A stretch of 54,431 nucleotides of DNA, filler included, from Sluysia triapertura (lineage: Eukaryota): the NCBI GenBank assembly GCA_046118255.1. It is 3 parts of 3 records of this genome, joined end to end, with 100 filler letters (N's around TTAATTAATTAA, not from the genome) between each part and the next. Parts side by side here need not be neighbours in the genome. Positions count along the whole stretch, not along the records: positions 1 to 16,397 come from JBJNIA010205037.1; positions 16,498 to 39,150 come from JBJNIA010220689.1; 1 more part is not named here. One strand, written 5' to 3'. Of the stretch, positions 12,283 through 23,459 are shown one piece after another. Below the pieces are notes generated by a model. That model was not told where the DNA came from, did no database searches, and saw only the letters and a list, made by a program, of their open reading frames with translations. Each line of letters starts with the position of its first letter. Positions within the stretch are counted from its first letter, which is position 1. A program made the translations under genes and the position numbers.

Positions 12283-15200
12283 AAATGTCTCAAATAAGAG
12301 CCAACTTAATAATTTTTTACAAAACAAATTAATCATATGAAACGAGAATATTAGATCATCAAGGACGAAGTAGAAAAAAGACAAAGTTGGTTGACAAACA
12401 TAAGGAATTGTTTTATTCATCAAAGTATTGTCATTTGTTTAGGCTGATGGCATAAAACCCTGTAATTCCTGTCGGAATTATGGAAGATGTGGCAGTCAGT
12501 GGAGGCTAGATCTGATGAATCATGGATTATTAATTATTTTCATCGTATTCAGAATTCCAGCTGCATTATGAATGTGATGATGCGCACCAATCAGGTGTCA
12601 CTGTTCCTCCGAGTCATCGCAACCACACATTTGGATTCATTTCCTCAAATGTGACTTCTTTAATAACAAAATCTACGAGCAGTTTTAACAATACAACTAC
12701 TACTACCACAACAACTACTACTACAACTACAACTACAACAACTATCGCAAGTACAACAATGAAGGATTATCATAAAACGCTGCATAAAGATCATTCTCCT
12801 TGTCATCGCGAAATATCGGTACTCTATCTTCTACTGACCATAGGAACAGTTTGGTTGGCCGGACATTTACATAACTTTACTAAAACGTTAGTCAATAAAA
12901 AAGTTAACATGTAATACAAAACAAATTGTTTTCAGGTTTAAAGTTATTAAATAATTTCAATTTAATATTCCTTCATTAAAATTAAGTTTGACATGAACGT
13001 TAAAATCAATTAGGAAATGAATCATCATTTTATTTTTCTTTAAAAATATATCAAATTTAAAAACGTAAAAATAAAACATTAAAATTAATACATTGAACGT
13101 AATACAACTTCGAAGAAAAAATTCATCAAAAGAGAGATTACTAAAGATAATACACAGAAGATAGTTAAAAAAGCTTATTTCTAGAGTTATGGCCTTTCAG
13201 GAACTCGAAATGATTATCATCATCTACTACAACCAAATAATAAGGCCATAAATCATCTTTTATCATATCGCCTAATACCACCAGATAATTAGAAATATCG
13301 GATCATTTGTTACCGGAACTAACTTTATTAACTGAGTCATTCATAGTTTTAAAGTACTTTTTTCCATATTTCCATTCCACTGCATCATAAATTGTTTTAA
13401 TTTCTGACTCACCTGATTTGACATCAAATTCATCGACATCGAGACTATCTAAAGATTGTAGTAAATACTCGTCCAGGTGAGTAATTAAAGTCATTAACTG
13501 TGGATGATTATTAAGAGCTTCGATCCAGAATTTTGGAATAGGTTTTATTAATAATGGTTCTTGTTTGAAATTATACTCATTCTCTATTTCTAATACTTCT
13601 TCACTAGCTTGCTCGTTCAATTTATCAATATTACTCTTGCCGTTACTTTCAGTTTTTTTGGTATTTTATGACTCGACGCTATGCTTTCTGTTTCTTTGTG
13701 CTGGAATAAATATTTGTGGTACAAAATTGTAAACTACTAATTTTAGTAGTTATTTTATATTATTAGCAAAAGGCAACTTGTTACGTGGCCGTAAATTATT
13801 TTTAAAATTCATAATTATTTTCATTATTACATAAAAGTAATATTTTGTACAATCATTGCATTGTTTTCTACAAATTAGTAAACTTTCTTTCCATAAGGTG
13901 TCTGTGAAAAAATCGGCTCTCGTGATGTGTAAAAATGTATATTGTCTCGTGTCCAATTTTGTCGATAAGTATTTGAGTTGATCTTGGCGATTATAATCAA
14001 TATTATGCTTAACGCACTGACATCACATTAATATTATTATTATTAAATAGAAATAATACAATAAATTGCGACATCGAAACTGAAGATGATAATAATGATA
14101 ATGTTGACAAGTTCAGTACCATTGACGAGACAAGGTTATTTTTGATTCTATATTTATTTAATCGGCAAAATCGGTTGGTTGAATAAGATAAAATTATTCC
14201 ATAAATTTTTGTTTCAAATATACAGTTATAATAAAATAGATTATTGATGTTCTTATTAGTTTATTTTACAAATGACTGCTAATAATTAATTACAGTTTTG
14301 ACACCTTCGACAGGTTTCTTACTGTGTGAATTGTCGTCATTACGATCAAAATCAAAATCTGTATGCTTAGTTCCTCGAGTTCGAAATTGGTTTGATGAGC
14401 TTTGTGTTTCCAATTTTGAGCTATTGTTTTTCAGTGAATGAGTTGTTCGGTCAGCAAACAAGTTTGATGATGATAATCTTCTTTAAACGACGACTTACAT
14501 CTTCCATGACATTATCTTTTCATGAAAATCATCTTCTAAGTATGCTTGGAGACGTTGTAATTCAGCCAATTGACGTTCACGTTGTGTTAGATTTGTTATT
14601 GTTGTACCAAGAGCTTTTTCTAATTCTTCGTATTCAGCTACCTTCTTCTTCATCTCTGTTTTATATTCTGAGCTAGATTAATCATAACTTGATTTTCTAA
14701 ATAATTTTATTTTTCTTTCACTTGATTGAAAAGCGATGCTTCTTCAGATTCATTACACATTTCAATTGAAAAGCTGGCAGAAGAAGAGTGAGAGAGAGTG
14801 TCATACAAGATGATTAAAGGAAGTTGAAGAGTGTTAGAAAATTGTGACGAAGGGAGAATAAAGAAGAGATTATAATAGAGAACTTAAAGTAGTTGAAGGT
14901 ATTCTTATAGTAACTTTATTTCATTTTTTAATTACAATTGAATTTTTGAACTGTAAGGATTTTAAGTGATGGAGATTTAATATTCTAAGTTATTTAGTTA
15001 TTATGTAGTTCTTTATTTTTTTGGTGTATCATGAATAATAAAATTTTGGATAATGACTAGTTCTCCGGATTGTTACCCATCTTACACATATGACTGGCCA
15101 CTATACTGATTTGTTAGGATATGTTATATTATGCCAGCATGTTTATTTTACTGCTGACAATATTTCACTTGTCGAAGAAAATAATCATTGTAAATTTATA

Positions 15201-15785
15201 ACACAACGAGGATATTACGTGTAGAAATGCATGACCGGACATTAAATAAGTGAGCGATTATTTTTAGAAGGAAATAAACACAGATTAAAACAATAATAAG
15301 TGTTATATTTAAATATTTCTGATAATAAATATATACTTTGAATTTATTATATGATTGTTGCATTTTTCGTTTTCGTAGACCATAACTGACAATAATAATG
15401 ATAATAATAATAATAATAATAATGATAATAATAATGATGATAATTATTATTATTATAAAAATAATAATAATGATAATAATATTCACTATTTATATTTCAT
15501 TATTATTATTACTGTGATTTTACTCTTAAATATTACGGGGATGAGAGTTTCCATGCAACTGCAATATTAAGTCTCAAAATCAGGAAGTTTTAAATTTAAA
15601 TTAGAAAATAATTTATATTTATTATTATTATAATTTCGTTTTATTATAATTCAAATCAAACTTTATTATTCGTGCTACTAATTTAACGAAAATAATCAAA
15701 ATGCAAACATTTTTCATTTTTATTCCAAACAGTATAATTAAAATATTATCATTATGATTATTATTATATAACGATAATTATAAAA

Positions 15786-15816
<31 letters not shown>

Positions 15817-15962
15817 TAAATAAAACTTATTAAATTAAATTATATTGTTATCTAGACCTTTCCTAAATGCTAGTAAGCGGGAACTATTTGCAGATTTTTC
15901 ATTACCTCTTGCCATAACCATCATGTCTGTCATTGGAGCATTTTTATTCAAAGATATTCAAA
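1989..15962 (+). CDS. SLC4A11: SLC4A11-like (BTR1/NaBC1-type) SLC4 bicarbonate/borate transporter, partial multi-exon gene
   Basis: Eight GT-AG exons with consistent phases: 1989-2252, 2770-2851, 5166-5288, 6547-6660, 6788-6920, 10314-10387, 12553-12886, 15856-15962. The spliced translation carries SLC4A11 hallmarks: ELGRTFSTIMADIDFRQQLYRTGTEEEF, KGLVDDVKRRLSYYKSDFVDG, TTSFLYFSCLLPSIAFG, GGQPLIVMLTTAPLALY, FAWTGIFN, TRSTEEIFALFVAIAFIVDA, PFLNASKRELFADFSLPLAI. No 5' exons were found in the window and the 3' exons are cut off by the scaffold end. Confidence 0.93.
2770..2851 (+). CDS. SLC4A11: SLC4A11-like exon (GLxxDxxRR...DFxDG)
   Basis: tttcag|AAG...GACG|gttatt; KCRCFICKGLVDDVKRRLSYYKSDFVDG. 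Confidence 0.9.
2852..3195. repeat. (TAT/TGT)n degenerate trinucleotide microsatellite
   Basis: Continuous tat/tgt low-complexity array directly after an exon donor; source of spurious Y/C/I-rich ORFs. Confidence 0.85.
3194..3370 (-). repeat. near full-length dispersed tRNA-like repeat with conserved 5' flank
   Basis: Reverse strand: AATGTTGGGGTACAGGCCAAAAAGTGCCAT...AAAATTGTTGGAC-GAGGCTGATATTTCGGTAGTCAGAGCATGGAACTGCACAGCTGTGAAGCGAGAGGGACTGTGTTCGATTCTCGGTTTGTCCATTT. Degenerate A and B boxes; matches copies at 172, 16045, 32641 and 44470. Confidence 0.75.
5166..5288 (+). CDS. SLC4A11: SLC4A11-like exon (TM1)
   Basis: ttcag|GA...ATCG|gtttgt; FTGQNTLRKVISTTSFLYFSCLLPSIAFGVLN. Confidence 0.92.
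5931..6101. mobile_element. possible piggyBac-type MITE remnant
   Basis: Imperfect inverted ends (CATTCCCACTGCCAA ... TTGGCAGCGAATGTG-TTAA), right end at TTAA, subterminal palindrome CACGAGTATACTCGTG. Confidence 0.35.
6547..6660 (+). CDS. SLC4A11: SLC4A11-like exon (TM2-TM3)
   Basis: ttgcag|AA...AAAA|gtatta; EVKRVILSQFIAGIVFALIGGQPLIVMLTTAPLALYTK. Not in the ORF track. Confidence 0.92.
6788..6920 (+). CDS. SLC4A11: SLC4A11-like exon (TM4)
   Basis: tttag|TA...ACAAG|gtttgt; ILHEVSKEFKLDFFAVFAWTGIFNALFLIIYSVLDLSKIMKYSTR. Confidence 0.92.
10314..10387 (+). CDS. SLC4A11: SLC4A11-like exon (TM5)
   Basis: tttag|ATCA...AAAG|gttata; RSTEEIFALFVAIAFIVDATKDVNK. Confidence 0.92.
10467..10720 (+). mobile_element. 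Tc1/mariner transposase C-terminal remnant with one TIR
   Basis: The + frame reads LLPWPGNSPDMNPTENL*EIVKSRISTHKP...ELIKTLIKVW (Tc1 WPxxSPDLNPIE motif). TA|TAGTAGTGGCCATATTATTAGACT matches the TIR of the copy at 45722. Confidence 0.85.
12553..12886 (+). CDS. SLC4A11: SLC4A11-like exon (large extracellular loop with poly-Thr, plus TM6)
   Basis: ttcag|AA...AAAAC|gttagt; EFQLHYEC...T17...CHREISVLYLLLTIGTVWLAGHLHNFTKT. Confidence 0.88.
13200..13640 (-). pseudogene. SET: decayed intronless SET/TAF-I (NAP family) copy, antisense in SLC4A11 intron
   Basis: IDKLNEQASEEVLEIENEYN...IPKFWIEALNNHPQL...VDEFDVKSG...VEWKYGK...*SDISNYLVVLGDMIKDDLWPYYLV matches SET motifs LNEQASEEIL, IPNFW...NHPQ, EFEDIKSG, IKWKSGK and LGEVIKDDIWPNPLQYYL. 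There is no start Met, an in-frame TGA at 13303-13305 and several internal deletions. Confidence 0.85.
15856..15962 (+). CDS. SLC4A11: SLC4A11-like exon (TM7)
   Basis: tctag|ACCT...CAAA|gtaagt; PFLNASKRELFADFSLPLAITIMSVIGAFLFKDIQ. Confidence 0.9.
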
Positions 15963-16044
15963 GTAAGTTAGTAAATAATAGTAATTAATATTAATATTAA
16001 TAATAATAATAGTAGCATCAGTAGCACTAGTAGTAATAATAGTA

Positions 16045-16107
16045 GTGTTAGATTTCGTAAAATGGACTGACAGGCAATCGAACCCGGTACCTCTACCACT
16101 GAGCTAT
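16045..16107 (-). repeat. tRNA-like repeat copy (anticodon arm deleted), runs into gap
   Basis: Reverse strand: ATAGCTCAGTGGTAGAGGTACCGGGTTCGATTGCCTGTCAGTCCATTTTACGAAATCTAACAC. Confidence 0.75.
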
Positions 16108-16278
16108 NNNNNNNNNNNNNNNNNNNNNNNNNNNNNNNNNNNNNNNNNNNNNNNNNNNNNNNNNNNNNNNNNNNNNNNNNNNNNNNNNNNNNNNNNNNNN
16201 NNNNNNNNNNNNNNNNNNNNNNNNNNNNNNNNNNNNNNNNNNNNNNNNNNNNNNNNNNNNNNNNNNNNNNNNNNNNNN

Positions 16279-16336
16279 TTAGTAATAGTAGTAATAGTAA
16301 TAGTAGTAGTAGTAGTAATAGTAGTAGTGTAGTAGT

Positions 16337-16381
<45 letters not shown>
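16279..16381. repeat. (AGT)n microsatellite
   Basis: Tandem agt/aat triplets between assembly gaps. Confidence 0.9.
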
Positions 16382-16382
<1 letters not shown>

Positions 16383-16397
16383 ATATTTCCTTAATTT

Positions 16398-16497
16398 NNN
16401 NNNNNNNNNNNNNNNNNNNNNNNNNNNNNNNNNNNNNNNNNTTAATTAATTAANNNNNNNNNNNNNNNNNNNNNNNNNNNNNNNNNNNNNNNNNNNN
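16398..16497. other. artificial scaffold-concatenation linker
   Basis: Exactly 44 N + TTAATTAATTAA (stops in all six frames) + 44 N = 100 nt; identical to 39151-39250. Confidence 0.95.
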
Positions 16498-16724
16498 GTT
16501 GAACTTTATGAGATGAGTTATAGTGAATATTGTGTGATGAATTATAATGGATACCGAACGACGAGTTCCCTACAGATGTGATGACAGTGACGGCTATATT
16601 TATTGTAAAGGTTGGATTGTGGGAACATTAACATTATTAACTTAGAGTTTAATTTTAATCGATGATTTAATAATTCTATTTGGAGTTGAAATGTAGTAAT
16701 GAAAGTGTGGGGTTTTATGGGATG

Positions 16725-17063
16725 TTATGTGATGATGTATTTTTGTGACAAAGTTTTCGTCTCTGTTATTAATATAATATGACCGCGGTAATCGGTTGAG
16801 GCACCACATATGTTCTTTAATATTTTAATATTTTTCTTTAGTCTTAAATTTTTCTTATCTTTTTCAGATTTCTTAGAATATGTTCGTTCTGCAAGTAATC
16901 TTGATTGATAAGCAAAATAAGCATATGATTCATCTTTATGTTGAATTCTTTTCCTAAGAAGCATTTTACTCAACTTTTGAAAATCTTCTCCAACAATTTT
17001 TAAGTTATGCACACTTAATGCCTGCCCAGTAATGTAAGATTTTACTTTTCTTTTGCTTTTCAA
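16725..17063 (-). mobile_element. possible LTR-retrotransposon gag-like remnant
   Basis: RIQHKDESYAYFAYQSRLLAERTY resembles the gag Q-x3-ES-x3-FA-x-RL-x2-LA-x2-AY motif. No pol domains recognised. Confidence 0.35.
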
Positions 17064-17454
17064 CTTATTGTGCTTGATTCATTTTGGTATTACGTCTAAA
17101 AGCTAGTTTTCATCTATGTGAAATTTTTCAATAGTTAATGTTATCACATAAATTAATTGAACTTTTGAAACAAGATTGTTTGTTGCCAATTTTGCCTCGA
17201 AATTTTCCTTTTCGCTCTGTGATATTATAAAGTTTTCCAAACATGTTTTAGACTCCGAAATGTTTTATGAAGGTGGGATAAAAACTGAAATAAAATAAAA
17301 CTTTAAAATAAATAAAATTAAACAATTAATATTATAAATATATTGCTATTGCTATTGTAATAAAAATAATAATATTGTATTATTATTACATCACATTGTA
17401 TGAAGGGCAACCTACCTTTATGTTTTTGCAGTCTGTCACCAGAGCGCGGATTAC

Positions 17455-17650
17455 GTAAAAGTACTTATTTATCAGATTTGTCCTAAAGAGCGAGTATCGT
17501 ATAAATACAATTGGCATTGTATGTGCAGTGTTTTTGTTGCTAGGAAACACTTTGCATTGTTTCTTCCTATATGTTTTGTTTTAGTGACTTTATTGAATGA
17601 CCAAACTCCTGTTGCACGCGTAAAACCGCGACGAAGTATACTCGCACGCC
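17455..17650 (+). mobile_element. possible piggyBac transposase C-terminal Cys-rich remnant
   Basis: YQICPKERVSYKYNWHCMCSVFVARKHFALFLPICF resembles a decayed CxxCP...CxxC..VC.KH..C..C domain, followed by CGACGAAGTATACTCG, similar to the palindrome at about 5951. Confidence 0.3.
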
Positions 17651-17656
17651 AAGTGA

Positions 17657-17714
<58 letters not shown>

Positions 17715-20104
17715 TGCTTTTAATTTTTAATGCATCATAAATTTGCTTCAGATTATTGTATATTTGATGTATCCATAAATACGGCAAATCTAAACCATAA
17801 TATATCAACAAGGTATAATCATATATCGATTCAATTAAATTCTTCTTTAATGTCATCCCTTCCATTTAAATTATCTGTAAATGCAAACAATAATTCTACT
17901 TTTACAGTTCCAAGCTTAACACTAAACGATATACATTTATTGAAGTCACTAATCAGACAACAAATTCTTCATTTATTTATTTTGAATTACCCCGACTGGT
18001 TACGCCAATTTGAACAAAGAATTACGGAAAACAATAGGTTAAAATTTTATTTTTATTTGTCAAGTTTAAAACTAGTAATATTTAATTCATATTATTTTAT
18101 ATAATTTATTTATTTTTGGTTTTAGTTGAATAAACTTTGCTTGTTTTTTATTTGCAGCAAACAGTAAATGTATAAACAAGAGACAGCGGCGTTATAATAG
18201 TGACGTTTGCAAAATAATAAAAAACATTTAAGGATGAGTAAAAAACAGAAATACATCGTCAGTTTTATAGAAATGTTTTATATATAGTTAAAAATATTAA
18301 TTTACAAATAAATTTTAATAAAAGGATTTATATTACAGCTATAATATTGTAAAAGTTTATAGATATTATTTGTAATGTATAATGTCAATTTGTCTTTACT
18401 AAAGCAGTACTTGTTTTGATAATAACTTTTAGTTTAGCGTTACTTTGTATAATCAAATTCTTTGGTCAAGTTCTTTAATTATGAAATACATCAATGTACA
18501 TCTATTATCTTTAAATATATACTCGTCAAATACTAGTCAGCAGTTCACCAGAAAGATTTCCAATTAGAAATACATTGTACTATTTTGATCTCTATTATTT
18601 CTTACTTATTTTCTCGATATCAGGCTCTAACTCTGCTTTATGATAGTTTATATGTCTATCAAATATTTAAGAATGATAACGTGAGTCTCGTACTCAGCTG
18701 TTCGAGATAGAAGTACACTAACATATGGCTATTTACAATTTTATTCACTCACATTCTACTATTTAAATTCTATTAGCTTGGGTTTTATTTTATCCAACTC
18801 TTATTTTATTCATTAACGCTCTAGTCACAATTTTATTTCTTAATTTCCTGCAAACTTCTTTCTCAATCCCTTTTTTCTTATTTGTTAAAATTACAAATGA
18901 AAAATAAAATGAACAAACTATTATTCAAATAATACAAATATTGTCACGAATAATTAATAAACTCGTAATAAAATAGTAATTTATTTTAATAACTTACGCC
19001 GAAATTTAATAATTATATTACCTTGCATTAATGGATTTTCCCGAGTTATAATCGTTATTGTCCAGATAAATTTGTCGTTAGCATAAAATTACTTCGCGAA
19101 GTTAAAATTCCTTTCTTCGTTTTTAGTAGAACATTTCAGTCGAATTATGTTTAAAATCGTTCTAGGTGATAGGCTTACATTTAAGATTGTCCTTGTCCGT
19201 TAACGTTTTTTATGCACACATCGTTCTTTTTATACTTGTTGATTAATAATGAGTAAGAATCATATTAATAATTAATATCTAATTAATTTTCGACTAAACA
19301 TGAATTTTCATAAAATCATAAATGTTAATAATAATCAAATAATTAATTTTCGGGTAAACATATACTTATTGTAAAATCATAAGAGTTTATTAATTTTCGG
19401 TTTATAATTATTAAGAAATATTGTTGATAAGATTTTATTATTAACATTTTAGTAATATAATTATTAACAGGTAATATAATTATTGAAAAATATTGTTGAC
19501 TATTAAATCGATATTTGTATAATCTAATATTAGGTTATATTTTCATTTTAAAATGATTTTTGTCGATTATGGTTTTTTTAATTTTTATTTCATATTATTT
19601 TTATCTAATCTTAAGATTAGATATAATAATTTTATTTATCTAATTAATTATAATATTTAGGTTTAATGTTTATAAATTTTAATTTCAAATTTTTTCTATA
19701 CAATCATAATTTAAAATGATTTTAAATGAACATTGGAGTATTCGACATTTTATTTCTTCAAGCATATTTATAGATTTTATTGCTTACTAAAATTGATCAA
19801 CATTCTTATTTAATTCCGTTATGTACAATTTTATTTACAATATATTTAAAGCATTTTTTAAAATATTTTATGAGTATTATGCATTTTCTAAAACATATTT
19901 TGAAATTAATTTATTAATATTATTTTGTGTCCTTGTCGAGTGTACTTATTATAAATTTATTTCTATTACATTTTACAAATTTATTTTATATTTTTAATTA
20001 TTTAGAAGAACATTTAATTTAAATTATTTATAAAAGTTAATTACTTAGAAAAATAAAAAACTACGATTATTAATATATTAATATATATTAAATAATATAT
20101 TAAA

Positions 20105-20107
<3 letters not shown>

Positions 20108-20169
<62 letters not shown>

Positions 20170-20170
20170 G
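20108..20170. repeat. (AAT)n microsatellite
   Basis: About 20 perfect AAT units. Similar arrays at 15391-15480, 17659-17714, 39125-39150 and 43085-43188. Confidence 0.9.
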
Positions 20171-20322
20171 TACTTAAAAGTACTATTCTAGAAAATAAAA
20201 CTTTTACAATAAGACCTTTAAAGATCATAAAATAGGTCTATAAATTTTGTAAAAATTTTAATATTCCTTAAATTGGTTCATTGAATTGTTTGGATGTATG
20301 ACAAAAAACATAAATTGTCTAA

Positions 20323-20433
20323 CAGTGACTCTCAACCAGTGTGACGCGGCACTTTTAAATTTATTGTAATGATAGTGTGTCGCCAAATGTTTTTTTTAAG
20401 TGTGAAAGACAAGAAACAGGTTGATAATCACTG
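20323..20433. mobile_element. hAT (Charlie/Buster-type) MITE
   Basis: 15-bp TIRs CAGTGACTCTCAACC ... GGTTGATAATCACTG (13/15 match), internal GTGTGACGCGGCAC / GTGTGTCGCC subterminal motifs. TSD not clear. Confidence 0.65.
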
Positions 20434-22439
20434 GTCAAATAAACGGAGAATGCTTACAAAAATTAAATTAAATCGAAAATTAAACATTACATGTAATATA
20501 ATTTTGATGAAAATTAAACCAAACAAATAGGTTTTAATATCAAATAAAGCCTTATATTGACGTGCTGTACTCTTTTTATTTATCTGACCATTATGTTTTC
20601 GGGAAATTTTAATCGGTGAAAAATTATACCCAGTCTAATGAGGAGTTTTCATTTAACTCATTCACACAATCTTATGAATAATCTCTGATGTTTGGTATCT
20701 GCTAAATAATTTACTTATTTTATCTTGTTATGGATTGGATAATTCTATTACTATATAATTTACAATATTTATAGTGGTAACTCTTGATTCTTAATGGGCT
20801 TCTGTCCTTTCTGTTATGATATAAATGAATTCTGAAATCTTAAAAGTACACAAATAACTAGTTAAAAACTTGATATAATTGTGCAATATACCAAAGAGTA
20901 ATTTAAAAACATAAAATTATGTAAATAATTGTAAAATAAATATTATTTAAATAAAAATACTTAAAGAACTCTAATATTTTCAAAAAAAAGCTTAATAATC
21001 CTAATATGGAAAAGGAATATATTAAAATAAACTTATTCTTAAAAGAAAATAAGATACTAAGAATGAAGAAAAATCCACGTTTTGAACAGAACCATAGAAA
21101 AATAAAAATAAATCCGCTTATAAATGCATAAAGCGGATATCAAATAATTATCAAGCTAGAGTTATATATAACATAGATTGAAATTGCTTTATAACTTTAC
21201 CAATTTATGCATTTGCCATTAGCCTTTTTTTGTTATTAGGTGTTACTTATTATTTGCTCATTATTTCTATTTTTAGGAAATTAATAAAATTATATGTACA
21301 TTTATTTTACATTAATTTACATATCCATAATTTACTTCTGGATAAAAAACTAAAACGTGAAAGTTTTATTCTTAACAAGATTTTATCAGAATCTTAATAT
21401 AATTTTCAAAGACGATCTTACATTTATAATTTTTCGGCTTATTTTTTCTCTATTTAACAATAATTTTTTAGGTTTTTTGCGTCGAAATAAAACTGTTTTT
21501 TCTTTTCAATTCAAACTCAAATAGATTATTATTTAATTTTTCAAATTTTATTAAGCTGGTAAATAATGTATAATAATCAAAATTTGGTTCAATTATTGTT
21601 ACTTTATTGCGCAATTTGTATTTATACTAGCTACAAATCATTTTAAAATGCATGCATAAATGAAATTTTTTTGAACTCAACAATGTTTTATTTTTAGAAT
21701 TTAGGTGCATAATAATGAATGAATAATTAAGAATCTCACACGAAATATTCATTTAATTATATGTTTTTATTTCAAACTCTTTTTATTTATAAAATATTTT
21801 ATATACGTTGATCTCAAAATAAGAAATGTATATATTATTATTGAAGTGTATAAAAGAAATTGTATAATTGATTGTAATGAGAATAAGCTAGATTGGATTA
21901 ATAGCTTCCAATTAATAGGTTCAAGACCCAATCAGTCCATTTTCTGAGGTCTAAGTATCTACAAATTGCAAAAAATATCCTCTTTAGGGTTTTATCTTCA
22001 AGTGTTTAATAACATTTGTGATTAAACATTATTTTTCTTGTTTAATTCTGTTTTGGATAGCTTAATACTTATAATTCAAATGATTAAAATTTTTTAATCA
22101 CATGCAACTGGTTTTAAATAATTAACTTAAGTGAGTTTTTGACTTCATTTTAAATTTGATTTTCCTTATTGATTCTTTTTTGCTAAATATTTAATATAAG
22201 CTACTTTTACTTTTAAATTTTAGTATATTTTTTCATTTGTTAATATTTAATCTAATAAATAATTGTTTGCATGTGCAAAAATGGCTTGAAGATTTTTATA
22301 TTTGTTGACTTTTTTGTGTAAAATGTAAATATAAATTGTTAAATTATGTAATTAGATTATTTGTTCGACTGTGTTACGTAAAAATAGTAAAAATTCACAA
22401 AAAATTTATTTTAAACTATATACTATTAAAAATAAATAA

Positions 22440-23459
22440 TTAATTTAATATTTGATTTATTTCATTAAGAGAATCATCTTGTAATTGACCTAAAAAACTC
22501 TGATGTGACATTGATGTGATATTTGAAAACAACTCCGATTCAAAATTAGAATTCATACATTCTTGCTTTATTTGAGTTCGTTCATTTGAAGAATTTGTTT
22601 GCATTTCTACTGGTAATGTTAAATCATCTTTTACTTGTAAGTGTGATGAGTCACTTAATTCGTAAACATTAAATTCATTATTTACATTAAATTGTTCTTC
22701 ATAATTCATTTCATCGTTTTTATTAGAAACTGAATTATTTGACATATTTGCTGGTTTTCGACCACCACGTCTTCCAGCTCCAGTTTTTTTGCTTTGATAA
22801 TCTGTATGGGTTTTACGGTGATTTGCTAATGATCCATAATGCTTATAAGATTTATTGCATCTGGTACATTGATAAGGTCTTTCTTCTTTATGAACAGCTG
22901 CATGACGAATTAAATAACTTTTTTGGGTAAATGCAAAATTACACTCTGAACAAATAAAAGGTCTGTCGCCAGTGTGACATTTTATATGATTTTTCAGACG
23001 ATTTTCAGTAGAAAATCTTTTGTCGCATCTTTTGCAAATAAAATTGAGTGGCCTATTACGGCTATCTGTTTTAGTACTTGAAGTACCTTCTACATCCACT
23101 GCCATCATTTGCTGCTGCTGCTGCTGTTGTTGTTGTTGGATTTGTTGAAATTGATGCTGTTGCTGTTGTGCTTGGCCTAACTCCATTTCTGATGATCGTA
23201 CTCTAATCATTTCATTGTACATAACAGCAGAATTCATCACTTTACTTATGTCCAGGGGTAAAATATTATTAGTTACATTAGCAGTTGTCATGTAATTCTG
23301 CATATGAGCTGGAGGAATCCCGTTTGTCGCCGTTGGATAAAATTGAGTTGGCATAACAAACGTTTGAAGCCCATAATATTGTTGAGGTTGAGTTAGTATT
23401 GGAAATTGTGTTAATGGTAAACTTGAACTTAGTGAATATTGATGATTCTGCTTGTCCAT
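22440..23459 (-). CDS. intronless C2H2 zinc-finger transcription factor with polyQ tract, 339 aa
   Basis: Three tandem fingers CKRC...HIKCH-TGDRPF-CSEC...HAAVH-KEERPY-CTRC...HRKTH. Q/P-rich N-terminus, polyQ run, basic KKTGAGRRGGRK patch. A 1-kb ORF in very AT-rich DNA. Confidence 0.92.
   Translation of the reverse strand: MDKQNHQYSLSSSLPLTQFPILTQPQQYYGLQTFVMPTQFYPTATNGIPPAHMQNYMTTANVTNNILPLDISKVMNSAVMYNEMIRVRSSEMELGQAQQQQHQFQQIQQQQQQQQQQMMAVDVEGTSSTKTDSRNRPLNFICKRCDKRFSTENRLKNHIKCHTGDRPFICSECNFAFTQKSYLIRHAAVHKEERPYQCTRCNKSYKHYGSLANHRKTHTDYQSKKTGAGRRGGRKPANMSNNSVSNKNDEMNYEEQFNVNNEFNVYELSDSSHLQVKDDLTLPVEMQTNSSNERTQIKQECMNSNFESELFSNITSMSHQSFLGQLQDDSLNEINQILN

Noticed and set aside
17730-18104. 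124-aa ORF with possible splice sites
   Set aside because: No recognisable family, no partner exons found, and composition explainable by AT richness.
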